A DNA stretch of 64,000 nt from positions 2,978,001 through 3,042,000 of the forward strand of contig MU053652.1 in the NCBI GenBank assembly GCA_013239625.1. Direction: 5' to 3'. Numbering within the stretch: position 1 is the first letter of the stretch; the number at the start of each line of letters is the position of its first letter. The notes under the pieces were generated by a model that saw only the letters and a list, made by a program, of their open reading frames with translations, was not told where the DNA came from and ran no database searches. Made by a program: the position numbers and the translations under genes. Shown here piece after piece: positions 25,114 to 38,530 of this stretch. The DNA is from Lama guanicoe. Its lineage: Eukaryota.

Positions 25114-25639
25114 ATTGAGTTTGTAACGGTTAAGTTTGGGCTCATAAGAAAGACTGGCATTAGGAAGATAATGCAAAAACTAATTATTCAGCCCAACAAT
25201 TCTGTCTGTACTCACTAAGGAATTTGCTGAAGAAAGTGGCAAAAGGGGTGCCTGAAGCGTCACTGGAGATGTGGCTGGAAAGTGGAGAGAGCTCGTGCTG
25301 TGCTTCCAGGGTCTAGCTAGAGTTGAATCCAAAGTTGAACCAAAACCAACTGAAGTGGCCACTAACCTCCTCCCAGCTCCAACTCTGACAGTATGAAAAG
25401 GGTGAGTCCTTCAGTGGCAACAGTGCAGGTAACTGGGGTTGGGCTTAAAAGCAAAGTAAGATTTCCTTGATTCCACTTGAAAGTAGAGATGAACTCAACC
25501 TAATTAAGCTGTAGTACACCCCCAGCTTTCAAATCTTAGTGGACACTGGATGAACAACCTAATACCCTAGGAACCTGGTGGAAGAAAAGACTTAAAAGTT
25601 CTGGGAAAACAAAACAAAAAATATTATATATCAGTCTTC

Positions 25640-28260
25640 ACTGTTTTTTAATACACAATTTCTGGCATACAATAAAAAATGAGACACGTGAAAAAGCAAG
25701 AAAATGTGATTCATAGTCAAGAGAGAAAATAGCCAGTAGGAGACCCACAAAGGACCTAGACATGGGAATCAGCAGATCTGTGGCCTTAAGACAACAACTA
25801 TAAATATGGTCAGGAATTTACATGGAAACACGGAAAGAATGGATGAAAATATGAGAAATACAATATATGAAATGTAAAATTCATTGAATAGTCTTAACAG
25901 CATATTGGGCACCAGAGAAGATGAAATTAGTGGAATTTGAATACAGGCCAATAGAAGTTTTCCAAACTAAAGCACAGAGAGAAGAAAGCTGAAATAAAAA
26001 TGTATAGAGCATTGGTAACCTGTGGGACAATTTGAAGTGGTCTAATGTATGTGTAATTGAAGTCTCTGAAGAACAGGAAAGAGGATGGAGAAGAAAAAAT
26101 ATTAGAAAAAATCATCACCAACATTCCCCAAATTTGATAGGAAACATACACTGGCACCAAGAAGCTTAGTAAACTTCAAGGGAAAAAACTCTGCCTAGGC
26201 ACATGATAGTCAAACTGCTGAAAGCCAAAGATAAAGAAAAAAAATCTCCAGAGCAGCTGAGGGAGAGGTTTGGGGTGGGAGGCACATGTTATATACAACA
26301 ATAAGAACTATGGCTGATCTTATTAGAGGCAATGAAATAAACAAAACAATAAAACATCATTAAAACACCTAAGGAAAAAAGTCAACTAGAATTCTAGCAA
26401 ATATATCCCCTTCAAAAAAAACTGAAATAAAGATATTACACAGAAATGAAATCTAGTAGATTTTGTTGCCAGAAGACCTGCACTAAGATCTTTAGGATAA
26501 AAGGAATGATAGTGACTGGAAATAGATCTACGGGAAGAAAAAAGGAACACCAGAAATGGTAAACACACGTATAAAGATTTAAAAAAAATTTTTTTTGCTT
26601 TTTATTTAAAGAAAAATGATTATATTTGACTCTAGTAAAAATAACAACAATGTATTATGTGGTTTATGATACATGTAGAATTTTATTGCTAAATATGTTA
26701 TAAATAACAATAGCAAAAAATAAGGTAGAGGTTATTGGAAATGTAATATTGTAATATTCTTAAATTATATATGAAGAGGGATTACATTAATTCAAAGGAG
26801 ACTAAATAAAATATCCACACTGTAACTCTAGAGTAACACTTAAAAGAAGTGGTATAGCTCAAAATGACTAAAGGAGATAAAAGGGAGTACTAAAAAACTA
26901 GTTGATTAATCTAAAAGAAAGCAGGAAAAAACAAAGAACAAAAACAAAGAACACTTGAGACAGATACAAAAGAGATAGTAAGATGACAGATACCTACTCA
27001 GCCAAAGCTATAATTATATTAAATGTCAATGGACTAAACCTTCTGATTAAAGCAGAGATTGTCAGACTGGATAGAAAAAAAGACCCAACTACATTCTGTT
27101 TACGAAAGATGAACTTTAAATAGAACACTATAACCAATTTGACCTAATTTATATTTTTTAAATACTATACCCCCAAAGTATGGAAAATAAATTATTTTCA
27201 CATATACATGAAAATAAGATAAATCACATGCTGTATTATAAAGCATGTCATAAAAATTTCAAAAGATTGAAATTTTACAGAATCTGTTCTCTGATCACAA
27301 CAGAATAAAATTAGAGATTAATAATAACAAGATAACCAAAACACCTTCAAATCTGTGGAAAATATAAGATCTTAAGTTTAGAGGAAGCCAAGTGAGGGTT
27401 TATGGGAACTCTGTCTACTATTTCTGCAAATCTTTTGTAACTCTAAAATTATTCCATACACACACACACACACCCCTTTTGTATATATAAAAGGGCTTAA
27501 CATCCAGCATTTATAAAGAACTCCTACAACTCAATAATAAAAGATAAGCAATCCAAGTAAAAATGGAAAATTATCTGGGAGGAAACCTCACAGAGGAGAT
27601 ACAGGTATAGTTAGTAAACATATGGAAAGGCACTCAACAATATGATGAATCAGGGAATGTAAATTAAAATTGCAACAAAACACCACTCATGACCCGTTAG
27701 AATATCAGTAAGCATATGAAACAACTGCTGATGGGAGTATAAAATGGTACAACCTCCTTGGAAAAAGTTTTAATAGTTTCTTATAAAGTTGAATATCATA
27801 AGACCCAGCAATCCCATTCCTCATTACACTCCCAAGAGAAATGACAGTCTGTCGTTACAAAATAACTTAGACACAAACACACCTGGCAGCTTTATTCACA
27901 ACACCCCAAACCTGAAAATAACCCATATGTTTAACAGGAGAATGGACCCACTGTGGTACAGCCTCACAATGGAAAACTACCCAGCAACAATCCGGAACAG
28001 ATCACTGATGTGTCCAACAGCACGGGTGAATCTCAGAAACATGCACTAAGGGAAGCAATCAGACACAAGGGAATCTACGTGTGCTTCACTATTCCACTAA
28101 TACGAAGCCCAGAAACAGCAAACTCATCTCTGGTGATAAAAATCGGAATACCGGTTGCCCCTGGTGAGGGAGGGTTTACTGGAAAGTGATACAAGAGAAC
28201 TGTGGGAGGCTGTGAAAATGTTTTGTACCTTCATTTGGGTGTTATTTTTATGGCTTCATA
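25640..28260 (+). mobile_element. Ancient L1 (ORF1, EN and 3' end remnants)
   Basis: cctgtgggacaatttgaagtggtctaat (ORF1), aatgtcaatggactaaac (EN start), gaactcctacaactcaataataa and gacccagcaatcccattcct (ORF2 end). Confidence 0.8.
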
Positions 28261-28401
28261 CTGAGTTCGAAAAAACCTATAGTGCTTCTCCTGGGTAGGG
28301 AAAAACCCAGTCTTCCCCTCTGATTACTAAATAAGCCTAAATTTTAAGTATGTTTTATTTCTCCCACCCTTCTGCTCTGGTTTCAGAGGGAACATTTCTA
28401 A

Positions 28402-29935
28402 TCAGGGGTCTATCCAGGCCTTGTGGGGCCTAAAATGTATGTAATTTTGGAGGTCTCTTGGGAGCAAGAGAAGACAAATTTACAAATATAAAATTAGACA
28501 GGAATGAGTATGTTTATTTAAAATGATAAAATCGTCATAGGAAATGTAAAAATTGTAAAAGTCTGATAGATACCACCAACATCACAAATGTAATTCAGTG
28601 TTTTTATTAATTTATTGCCTGGCGAACCTCTTACATTTTTTGTACACATTTTGGCTGCATATTCTTTGATCACCTGTTGAAATGGCATTGATTTTATAAT
28701 ATAATTTTCTCTAGAAAGAAGAGAAAGATATTTCACTCCTCTAGTGTGATTTTATATATATATATATATATATATGTTATATATAGTATATATGCTTATT
28801 ACATATATATGCATATTTTATGATTCCTTATAAGGATGCATAAAAGGTTCAACTTCATGTGCAGAAGTTTCTGTTTGGGGTTGTAGGTTCATGCCTGGGA
28901 AATATTCCTGTGTGTGATTCCCATAAAAATGTATGGTGCATTTATAATTGGATATGCTGCATTATCAAATATATTCCTGATAAAAGAGAACTTCTGTTTT
29001 GACCAAGCATCTATGAGAACCAAATCCTGCACTTATAACTTTACATGTCTCATAGATAGAGAAAAATAACTATGGTTACCAAAGGGGAAAGGGTGGGGAG
29101 GGGTAAATTAGGAGCTTGAGATTAACATATACACACGACTATATATAAAATAGATCAACAACAAGGTCCAACTGTATGCACAGGGAAGTATATTCAATAT
29201 CTTGCAATAACCTATAATGGAAAAGAACTTGAAAACGTGTGTGTGTGTGTGTGTGTGTGTATAAACTGAATCACTTCGCTCTACACCTGAAACTAACACA
29301 ATATTGTAAATCAACTACACTTTAATTTTTTTAAAAAGCTAATAAAAGGAGCATTTCAAGAAAAAAAGTTTTACATGTCTAACAATCATAAGAATTCCCT
29401 GTAGACTTGCTTCTGCTTCCACTTTCCAAGTCCTGTTCTTCCACCAAGATGGACATAATTTTGGTGCTGGGCACACATTCCTACTCCAGTGGGAACACTG
29501 GCCCACACCTTCATGTCACAGTATTGTGTGAGTTGGTTCCGTGGGGGTAGCAGTGTTCTCGAAAGCCATTCCAGCACCAGGGCACCAGTAGTAACTTAAC
29601 TCTGCAGAAATAACTGCAAATCCATTAAAGATATTCTACCAACCCCAAACTGAATATATCGCCAGCTCCACTTGGACTTAGCCAGAACCAAGTCATGCTG
29701 AGGCCACCCAGGAGGACTGTATCTAACAGATGTGTAACCAAGGGAAAGCTGAGGAAAGACTAGTAGCCTAACTGACTGTGGTTAAAATAAATATCACATT
29801 TTGCAGATTTTACAGAAACAAATGACTAGTGGAACAGTGCTGGACCTCTTCCTGGGACCTTGGAAAGGGCTGTGTGGGTGGGTGGCCCTGAAGCTTAGTT
29901 TTCATTAACTTTGTTTATGTAAATCTGTTTCTATC
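28402..29935. mobile_element. hAT DNA transposon relic (Tip100/Zaphod-like), interrupted by L1
   Basis: Starts caggggtctatccaggccttgtggggcct and ends ggccctgaagcttag...ttcattaactt...gtaaatctgtttct, resembling recalled Zaphod termini. Confidence 0.55.
29051..29368 (+). mobile_element. L1 3' UTR insertion with internal (GT)n and 11-bp TSD
   Basis: aaatagatcaacaacaaggtcc...aactaacacaatattgtaaatcaactacac; TSD tttacatgtct at 29040-29050 and 29370-29380. Confidence 0.92.
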
Positions 29936-30596
29936 TCTAATTCTTTGCTAGATGGACACTTGTTGAGGGCACTCTCCCCTCATTCTGATTATGCAGAAAC
30001 CTCAATTGTTTCCTCCTCCTCCAAGAAAATCAGATTTTGTCTTTGATTTGTGTTTGATGAAGGAGTTGTCCAGTTCCTATAAAAGTCGATCCTAAATTTG
30101 TACTGCAATTCATCATACAGAGGATACAAAAGGAAGAAAGCCAAGTGGAAACTCCTTAGAAAATGCACTAACTTGAACCAAAGCGTCCCCTTTGGGAACC
30201 AGAGATCTCTCTCCAGACAAGGGGGTTTGTGAGGAAATCATTTGGGTGGAGTTGAGTCTCAAAGATTTTGTTCATTATTTCCCATTATGGTAAGATTCAA
30301 AAAGAGAAAGAACCAGACAGAAACTTCAAAAGGTATATAAAGAAAGACGTAGGAATAGAATCTAGAAAAATTCAGTCAGACTTTCTGTGAAAGACTTGCA
30401 TGGGAAACTGAGTCAGTTGATTTCTCCACAAGAAAGGTAAGTTAGTAATATCCTTACAGAAAGAGAATGTAGACCCACTGGCTACTTCACATCCTTTCTG
30501 GAGCAAAGATATAATGGATATGTGCATAAATTAATGAACAATACACAAATAAAAATCTGAAACCCTCTCTCGGATCTATTCAGCTCTATTCCATTT

Positions 30597-31010
30597 AGGC
30601 AGTGTGGCAAAATGGAAAATGCACCCAGGGTCAAACACGCCTGGGTTCCAGTCTCTGCTCTGTCGTTCACTTTGGGTAAGTTAATTAACGTCTCTGAGCC
30701 TCAGTTTCTCATTTGTAAAATATTAATAATAGTACCTACCTCATCAGGTTGTTGTGATGATTAAATGAGATAATTCATGAAAAGCATGTTGAGTAACACC
30801 TGACACAGTGAATACACATGTTAACTATTGTGTTGGTATCACATAGTTTAGAATCCCTGCTCTGCCCACTTACTAGCCATGAAACATTGGGCAAATTATG
30901 GAAACTTTTCAAGCCTCAGTTTCCTCATTGATAATAATCAACTCCACCTCACAGGATTTCTACTAAAATTGGAGATAACATATCTATGGTTAATATAGTT
31001 GAGATTGTTA
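30597..31010 (+). mobile_element. Two adjacent MIR SINEs
   Basis: MIR core ctctgagcctcagtttctcatttgtaaaat...gattaaatgagataat and second core aagcctcagtttcctcatt. Confidence 0.85.
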
Positions 31011-31082
31011 AAAACTGAGAACTGTTATACTTGGGAGCAGACAGCTCAGTAAGGAATAAGGTTGTGTTAGAAAATGATTTCC

Positions 31083-33470
31083 TTTGTCGAAGATTAATTG
31101 ACCATATGTGTGTGGGTTTATTTCTGGGCTCTCTATTCTGTTCCATTGATCCACATATCTGTTTTTGTGCCAAAACCATGCTGTTCCAATTACTGTAGCT
31201 CTGTAGTATTGTCTGAAGTCTGGAAGGGTTATTCCTCCAGCTTTGTTCTTTTCCTTCAGTACTGCTTTGGCAATTAATGAGTCTTTTGTGATTCCATATA
31301 AATTTTAGGATTATTTATTCTAGTTCTGTGAAAAATGTCCTGAGTAATTTGATAGGGGTTGCATTAAATTTGTAGATTGCTTTGGGGAGTATGGCCATTT
31401 TAACAATATTAATTCTTCCAATCCAAGAGCATGGGATATCTTCCATTTCTTTAAATTATCTTTAATTTACTTAATCAGTGTTTCATAGTTCTCCATGTAT
31501 AAGTTTTTCACCTCCTTGGTCACTTTATTCCTAAATATTTTTTTTTGATGTAATTTTAAAACGGATTTTTAAAAACTTTCCTTTTCTGATATTTCATTGG
31601 TAGTGTAAATAAATGCAGCAGATTTCTGTATGTTACTCTTGTATCCTGCTACTTTGCTGAATTCGCATATCAGCGCTAGTAGTTTTTGTGTGGGGTCTTT
31701 AAGGTTCTCTATATATAGTATCATGTCATCTACACATAGTGACAATTTTATTTTGTCTCTTCCAATTTGGATCTCTTTTATTTATTTAAACTTTCTGATT
31801 GCTATGTGTAGGACTTCCAATACTATATTGAATAGAAATGGTGAGAGTGGGCATCCTTGTCTTGTTTTAGGTTTTAGTGGGAAGGCTTTCAATTTTTCAC
31901 CATTGTGTATTATGTTGGCTGTGGGTTTGTCATAAATAGCTTTTTATCACGTCAAGGTATGTTCCCTCTATACTCATTTTGGTAGGAGTTTTTATCATGA
32001 ATAAAGGAGGCAAGAATATACAATAGAGAAAAGACAGACAGCCTCTTTGACAAGTGGTGTTGGGAAAGCTGGACAGACACAAGTAAATCAGTGAAGTTAG
32101 GACACTCCCTCACACCATACACAAAAATAAACTCAAAATGGCTTAAAGACTTAAACATAAGACAGGACACCATAAACCTCCTAGAAGAAAACACAGGCAA
32201 AACATTCTCTGACATAAATCTTAAAAATGTTCTCCTAGGGCAGTCTACCCAGGCAATAGAAATAAAAGCAAAAATAAACAAATGGGACCTAATTAAATGT
32301 ACAAGCTTTTGCACAGCAAAGAAAACTATAGACAAAATGAAAAGACAACCTATGGAATGGGAGAAAATATTTGCAAATGATGTGACTGACAAGGACTTAA
32401 TTTCCAGAATATACAAACAGCTCATACAACTCAATAACAAAAAAAGCAAACAACCCATCAAAAACTCGGTAGAAGACCTAAACAAACATTTCTCCAGTGA
32501 AGACATACAAATGGCCAATAGGCACATGAAAAAATGCTCAATATCACTAGTTATCAGAGGAATGCAAACTACAGTGATGTACCACCTCACACCAGTCAGA
32601 ATGGCCATCATTCAAAAGTCCACCATGTTAAATGCTAGAGAAGGTGTGGAGAAAAGGGAACCCTCCTACACAATGTAGTTTGGTGCAGCCATTATGGAAA
32701 ACAATATGGAGATTCCTCAAAAAACTAAAATTAGACTTACCATGTGATCCAGCAATCCCACTCCTGGGCATATATTCAGAGGAAACTAATTCAAAAAGAT
32801 ACATGCACCTCAATGTTCATAGCAGCACTGTATACAATAGCCAAGACAGGGAACCACCCTAAATGTCCACTGACAGATGATTAGATAAAGAAGTTATGGT
32901 ATTTATACACACACATACAAACACACACACCAGAATACTATTCAGCCATAAAAAAGAATAAAACAATGCCACTTGCAGCAACATGGATGGACCTGGAGAT
33001 TGTCATACTAAGTGAAGTAAGCCAGAAAGAGAAAGAAAAATACCATATGATATCACTTATATGTGGAATCAAAAAAAAAAAAAACACAGATGAACTTATT
33101 TACAAAACAGAAACTTACTTACAAAACTTATTCAAAGACATAAAAAACAAAGTTACGGTTACCGGGGCGGGGAGTGGAGGGATAAACTGGGAGTTTGGAA
33201 TTTGTAGATACTAACTACTCTACATGAAACAGATAAACAACAAGGTCCTACTGTGTAGCAGAGGGACTACTCTACATGAAACAGATAAACAAAGTCCTAC
33301 TGTGTAGCAGAGGGAATTCTATTCAACACCTTGTAATAGCCTATAATGAAAAAGAATAGGTAAAGAATATATATATAATTATATATACAGTTAATATAAT
33401 TAACACAACATTGCAAACTGACTATACTTCAATTAAAAATATAAATAAATAAAAGAAAAAAAAGAAAAAA
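31083..33470. mobile_element. Relatively young 5'-inverted L1: inverted ORF2 segment 31083-32002 (minus) and sense ORF2 end, 3' UTR and A tail 32003-33470 (plus)
   Basis: ORF 32091-32678 is ORF2 ([28 protein letters not shown]); TSD agaaaatgatttcc at 31069-31082 and 33471-33484. Confidence 0.96.
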
Positions 33471-33679
33471 AGAAAATGATTTCCAAATCACATCACCTTT
33501 GTTCAAGTAGTACATCATTTAGGATAGAAAATGAGCAGTGAAATACAGCCTGGACTGGCCAATGAAAGGACCTAAGTACACGATGTTAATGTTGGTGCGT
33601 TAGTAGTTGCATCCAATTGAAGGTATTTGACTTAGAAGAAGCTGCGGAGTGTAATGGGACACACATTTCTGAAGATCTA

Positions 33680-33790
33680 TGTGGTAGCCAGCCTCCAAAA
33701 GAGTCCCCAGTGCTCCCTGCCTCCTGGTATTTACACCCCTTATTCTCACATTGTATCAGGGGTGGCCTCTGACCAATATATTCTATAACA
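33680..33790 (+). mobile_element. MaLR LTR 5' fragment (MLT1F-like)
   Basis: tgtggtagccagcctccaa...cctgcctcctggtatttacaccct. Confidence 0.7.
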
Positions 33791-33794
33791 TATG

Positions 33795-34165
33795 TCATTT
33801 TTTTCTGTTGAGCTACAATTCGCATATATAAAAGCCATCCTTTTATTTTTTAAGTAATGAAAAAATTTTAACACCTTTATTATCATATGGTTCCTGTCCA
33901 GTAAACTACACGTATTTCAGATGTACAGTTCAATGAATTTTGATAGCTGTATACACCAATGAAACCAAAGTACAATTCAATGAAGTTTACTATGAAAGTT
34001 GTGCAACCATCACCTCTAATTCCAGAATATTCCCCAAAGAAGCCCCATATCCATTAACAGTCCTTTCCCACTTGCTGGCCTCCCCCAGGCACTGGCGCTC
34101 CTAATCTACACTGTATCTATTGCAGGGATAGACCGCATTGTGTTTATCCGTTCATCAGTTGATAG
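33795..34165 (-). mobile_element. Old L1 3' UTR fragments
   Basis: tgtacagttcaatgaattttgata, ttgtgcaaccatcacc...ttccagaatatt. Confidence 0.7.
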
Positions 34166-35099
34166 AGTGAACCTCAAATTGACTCAGAGGCTGTAGCACC
34201 AGACCATGTCCCTGTGATTCTCTCGGGCTGAACTCCCGTTTGTCGGTGCTTCTTTGTAAAGACGGCTGAGTGGTTCCAGAACTCACATTCCCACACAGCA
34301 TTCTAAAGACAGATGACCATGTTTCTTCTTTTTTGCAGAATGAGGAAATTTTGCCTTGAGGCCCAACAAATTTTCCAACTCTTTGGCCTAAATTAGGTTA
34401 TTTGCCTGTGTCCATTCCTAGGTAATCACAGGCAAGGGGCACACTGTGCAGTGATCGCCGAGGCCTGGCTTGCTGAAATGATCACTGGCAGGCCTGCTGA
34501 GATGTCCTGGTTAGGTTAAAACAGTGAGGGGGCTAACCCTGAATTCTAGATGGAATTAATTCCCTCTGTCACTCCAAGTGCGTCTCATGCTTTATTATCC
34601 AATGCGGGAGGGGGAAAAGGACTCCTGGGGTGATACTCACTACACTTTTTAAATCTGTTTATCTATCATGAGTAGCAGAAAGGTGAGTTACGGTCTTCCA
34701 TTCCTTTTTCTCTTTGTGGTTCCTCCAGATTTTCTTTGTTTTTCTGTTTTATTTGGTGTGCAAATGTGCATCACCGTTACGTCACGAATGTGGAATTGCG
34801 TATTTATCTCATTGAGTGAACTTTGTCTTTCGTTTGCCATCATCTGATAGTAAAAATCTCTGCTTTCCCTTTCTTAATTTGCCTTGTATGACTCTTCCTA
34901 TCCTCTTATTTTTGAACTTTGAGTCACTTTATTTTAGTTGTGTCCTTTATAAACGGTTTTGCTTTCTGATCCAATGTATTTTTTTCATATAACAGCAAAA
35001 TTAATCCCACCGGTTTTAGATGTTGATACAATACACCAAGTCTTCTTTTACTTTACAAGTAGATTTAGATTGGATTCACATTTTGAAAATGAGGAAATA

Positions 35100-35141
35100 G
35101 TCTACGGCCATACCACCCTGAACGCGCCCAATCTCATCTGA
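35100..35141 (+). pseudogene. 5S rRNA 5' fragment (nt 1-42), tailless retropseudogene
   Basis: gtctacggccataccaccctgaacgcgcccaatctcatctga matches the mammalian 5S 5' end except two CG>CA changes; direct repeat tgaaaatgaggaaata at 35084-35099 and 35139-35154. Confidence 0.96.
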
Positions 35142-36599
35142 AAATGAGGAAATAAGTATAATTCTGCATCTCACTGCGCCATCCTCCCCTTCACACCCAA
35201 GTGTGGCTACTCAGTATTAGTGTTCTACCTTTAAATGATATGCTAATGTTTCTCATGTTAATTTATCAGCTTTGACGGTGTCTACTTCACTGGGGAATAT
35301 GAGCAAATGGATATAGTTACACTATCTCCCACTTTCTCTTTTTTCATCTTCTGACTTTAGATGAATCATTTTTCTACCTTGAGAATAAACATGCATCTGT
35401 GATTTTCTAACTATTCCCTCACTTATTAAGTCTTAGTTTTGCATCCAGTGGATTCAATGTCACCAGTTATTTTTTAACCTAAAACTTTTCCATTCACCAT
35501 TTGATTCACAGAAGTTCAACTTCTAATACTTTGTTCAAGAAATACACCAGGGAACTATATTTGAAAATATCTGCCTTCGAACTTAAATAAAAATTCGGTA
35601 AAAATATTCACCACTTTTCCCACTGTCTAAGAATAATGAATATTGCCAGGTAGAAGTATGAAGCCAAGCTGATTCTCCTTTAAAGGCGTCTTTTTTTCTT
35701 TTTTTTTTTTTTTTGCCTGATGGCCATCAGATTCATTATGCATGTTTAACTTTATATTATGTAGAATATGTTAACTAGAATGGTCTTGTGTGTATTAACA
35801 TATGTAATATTTTCCTAGGATGTAATGTGTACTCTCAATCTGTAGATTCAAGTCTATTTCAAGACCTAATCCTTAATTTTATATCTGAATGCTTTCTTTC
35901 TTGTTCTTATGTTCTTTTCTTTTTCCCATGGTCATTAAGAGTATATTAAACTCTTAGCTCTTTCTTTTCTATATTTATCACTATCCAATTCACTTGTATT
36001 CTTCATTCCACTTAATATTGTTCAATTTTCTTAAGACTTTATCCCATGACACCATGTGTGTATTTTCAGCAGTATCTATTCTCCTTATTGCTGCTTTAAT
36101 AGTGATTTTTAAATTTTCATGATCATTTTATTTTTCTCCCCTATTTGCTTTCCTGATCTCTGCTAACTTATTTTTATTTTCTTCTTTTGTCCTATCGTTT
36201 CTTTCTTGAGCTTCTGTATAACTTATTTGAACTTATTTTTTGTGGAGATCATTTCCTCATTAAATTATTTGATTTCATAAAGAATTCTTTGGTTGCAATT
36301 TTTACCAGATCATGGGGTCATTTTTCTAGTGTGTGTATTGTTTTTCCGTCCTTTATTTATCATGACTCTTTTCTTTTTTTTCCCTCCTGCATTTTTACGT
36401 AGATCCCATTGTGGCATTGTTTTGTTTTGTTTTGTTGTTTGTGTGTGTGTTTGTTTGGTAGTTGTTACCCATTTTGAAGTGAAGTGAAGGGAATTTTTAC
36501 TGGTCCAGCTTTGTGGAGAAGGGTAATACAGGGGCAGGTCCAGGGGCAAGAACTGGAATAACCAGGAGCTTGGGGGTTTGTTTTTGTAAATATACAATT

Positions 36600-38530
36600 C
36601 ACTTTTTTTTTTAGTAAAATTATTGTCTTATTGACTTAACTGTCACCTGTCTAATTTTAGAATATTTCCACCAGCCCCCAAATTCCTCATGCCTATTTGC
36701 AGTAAATTCTCACTTTCAGTCTTGACAGATTTGCCTTTTCTGGACATTTTATATAGATGGAATCATAAATATGTGCTATTTTGTGTCTATTTTTTTTTGA
36801 CTTAGCATAATATTTTTGAGATTTTTGAGATTAACCCATGCTGTAGCATTTAGCAATAATTCTTTCCCTTTTATTGCTGGGTAATATATGAATATAGTAC
36901 ATGTGTTTGTTCACTCACCAGTTGATTAACATTTGGATTGTTTTTAGTTTTTGTCTATTGTGAATTACGCTGCTATGAACATTCACTTAAAAATCTTTGT
37001 GTGGACACGTGTTTACATGTGTGGTGGATAGACATCTAGGAGTACAGTTGTTCTGTTGTACGGTAAACTTACACCTAACTTTTTAAGTAATTGCCAAAAG
37101 TGGCTATCCCATTTTACATTCCCACTAGCAATGTATGAGATTACTGTTTATCCACATCCTCACCTACACTTACTGTCGTATTTTTAATTATTGCATTCCA
37201 AAAGGTATGCAATAATGTCTTGTTGTAGTTTTAATTTGCATTTCCCTAAGGTGTAGGGCATCTCTTCATGTGCTTATTAATTATTCATATTTTTTTTGGT
37301 GAAATGGGTGTTCAGATCTATTACCTATTATTTAATTGTATTGCTTGTCTTATTACTGAGCTAAAGGAGTTTTTTACATATTCTGGATATAAGTCCTTTA
37401 TCACAGATACGTGATTTGCAAATATTTTTCCCAGTTTGTGGTCTGACTTTTAATTTTCTTAATGCTATCTTTTGAAGAGCAACAGTCTTAAGTTCTGATG
37501 ATATCTTTTTGATCAATTTGTTCTCTAATGGGTCATGGCTTGGATATGATATCTAAGAAATTTTTACTTAACCCAAGGTTGCAAAGATTTTCTTCAGTGT
37601 GTTCTTCAAGAAGTTTATAGTTTTAATTCCTATGTTTAGGTCTATCTCATTTTAAGTTGATTTTTGTGTGCTGTGGGTTAAGGATGTTTTTCTCTTTTCC
37701 CTCAGGACCATTTGTTGTTGAAAAACTCTCCTTTCCCCCATTCTGTTGCCTGGCACCTTTGTTGAAAATGAATTAATCATAATATAAAGACGTATTTCTT
37801 AATTTTGACTCTCAGTTCTGCTTCACTGAGTATATCTATATCTATTCTTACACTGCAACCACCCAAGCCATACCTTTATAGTAAGTTTTTAAGTCAGGTA
37901 CACAAAATCCTATTCTGTTCTTGCTTTACAAAATTGTTTTGGCTATTTCAGGTTCTTCGCATTCTGTATACATTTTGGGAACAGCTTGTAAATTTCTATT
38001 AGAATGTTTGCTGGGATTTGGAGAGGGATTGTACTGAACCTGTGGGTCATTTTGGGGATGGTTGCCACCTGTTAATTCTGAATTATCCAATCCATGAACA
38101 TGAAATGTCTCCCACTTATGTAGCTCTTCTTTATCTTAGCAATGCTTTCTAATTTTCAGTCTACTTGTCCTTTATTGTTTGTTCCTAAGCATTTTATTCA
38201 TTTCAGTACTGTGAAAAAGAATTATTTTTTATTTCGTATTTGGATTATAGATTACATATAGAAATACAATTGCTTTTTATCTTGATCTTATATTTTGCAA
38301 AAATGCTAGACTCACCTATTAGTTCTGGTAAAAAATTTTTATTGACCTTTCAGGATTTTCTTTATATAGGATTATGTCATCTGGGAATAAAGACTGACTT
38401 CTTCCTTTCAACCTGTATGCCTTTAACTTATTTTTCTGGTCTTATTTCCATTTCTCCAGTACAGTGTTGGATAGGGGTGGCAAAAGCAGACATTCTTGCC
38501 TTATTCCTGTTATTAGAGGGAAGGCGTTCA
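36600..38530 (-). mobile_element. Old L1 (L1MB/MC-like) 3' UTR to RT
   Basis: Antisense L1 motifs ttttctggacatttt, gctgctatgaacatt, gatttgcaaatatttt, ccaatccatgaacatg. Confidence 0.85.

Noticed and set aside
31952..32611. 219-aa hydrophobic ORF resembling a membrane protein
   Set aside because: It is the antisense frame of A-rich L1 ORF2, a well-known artefact.
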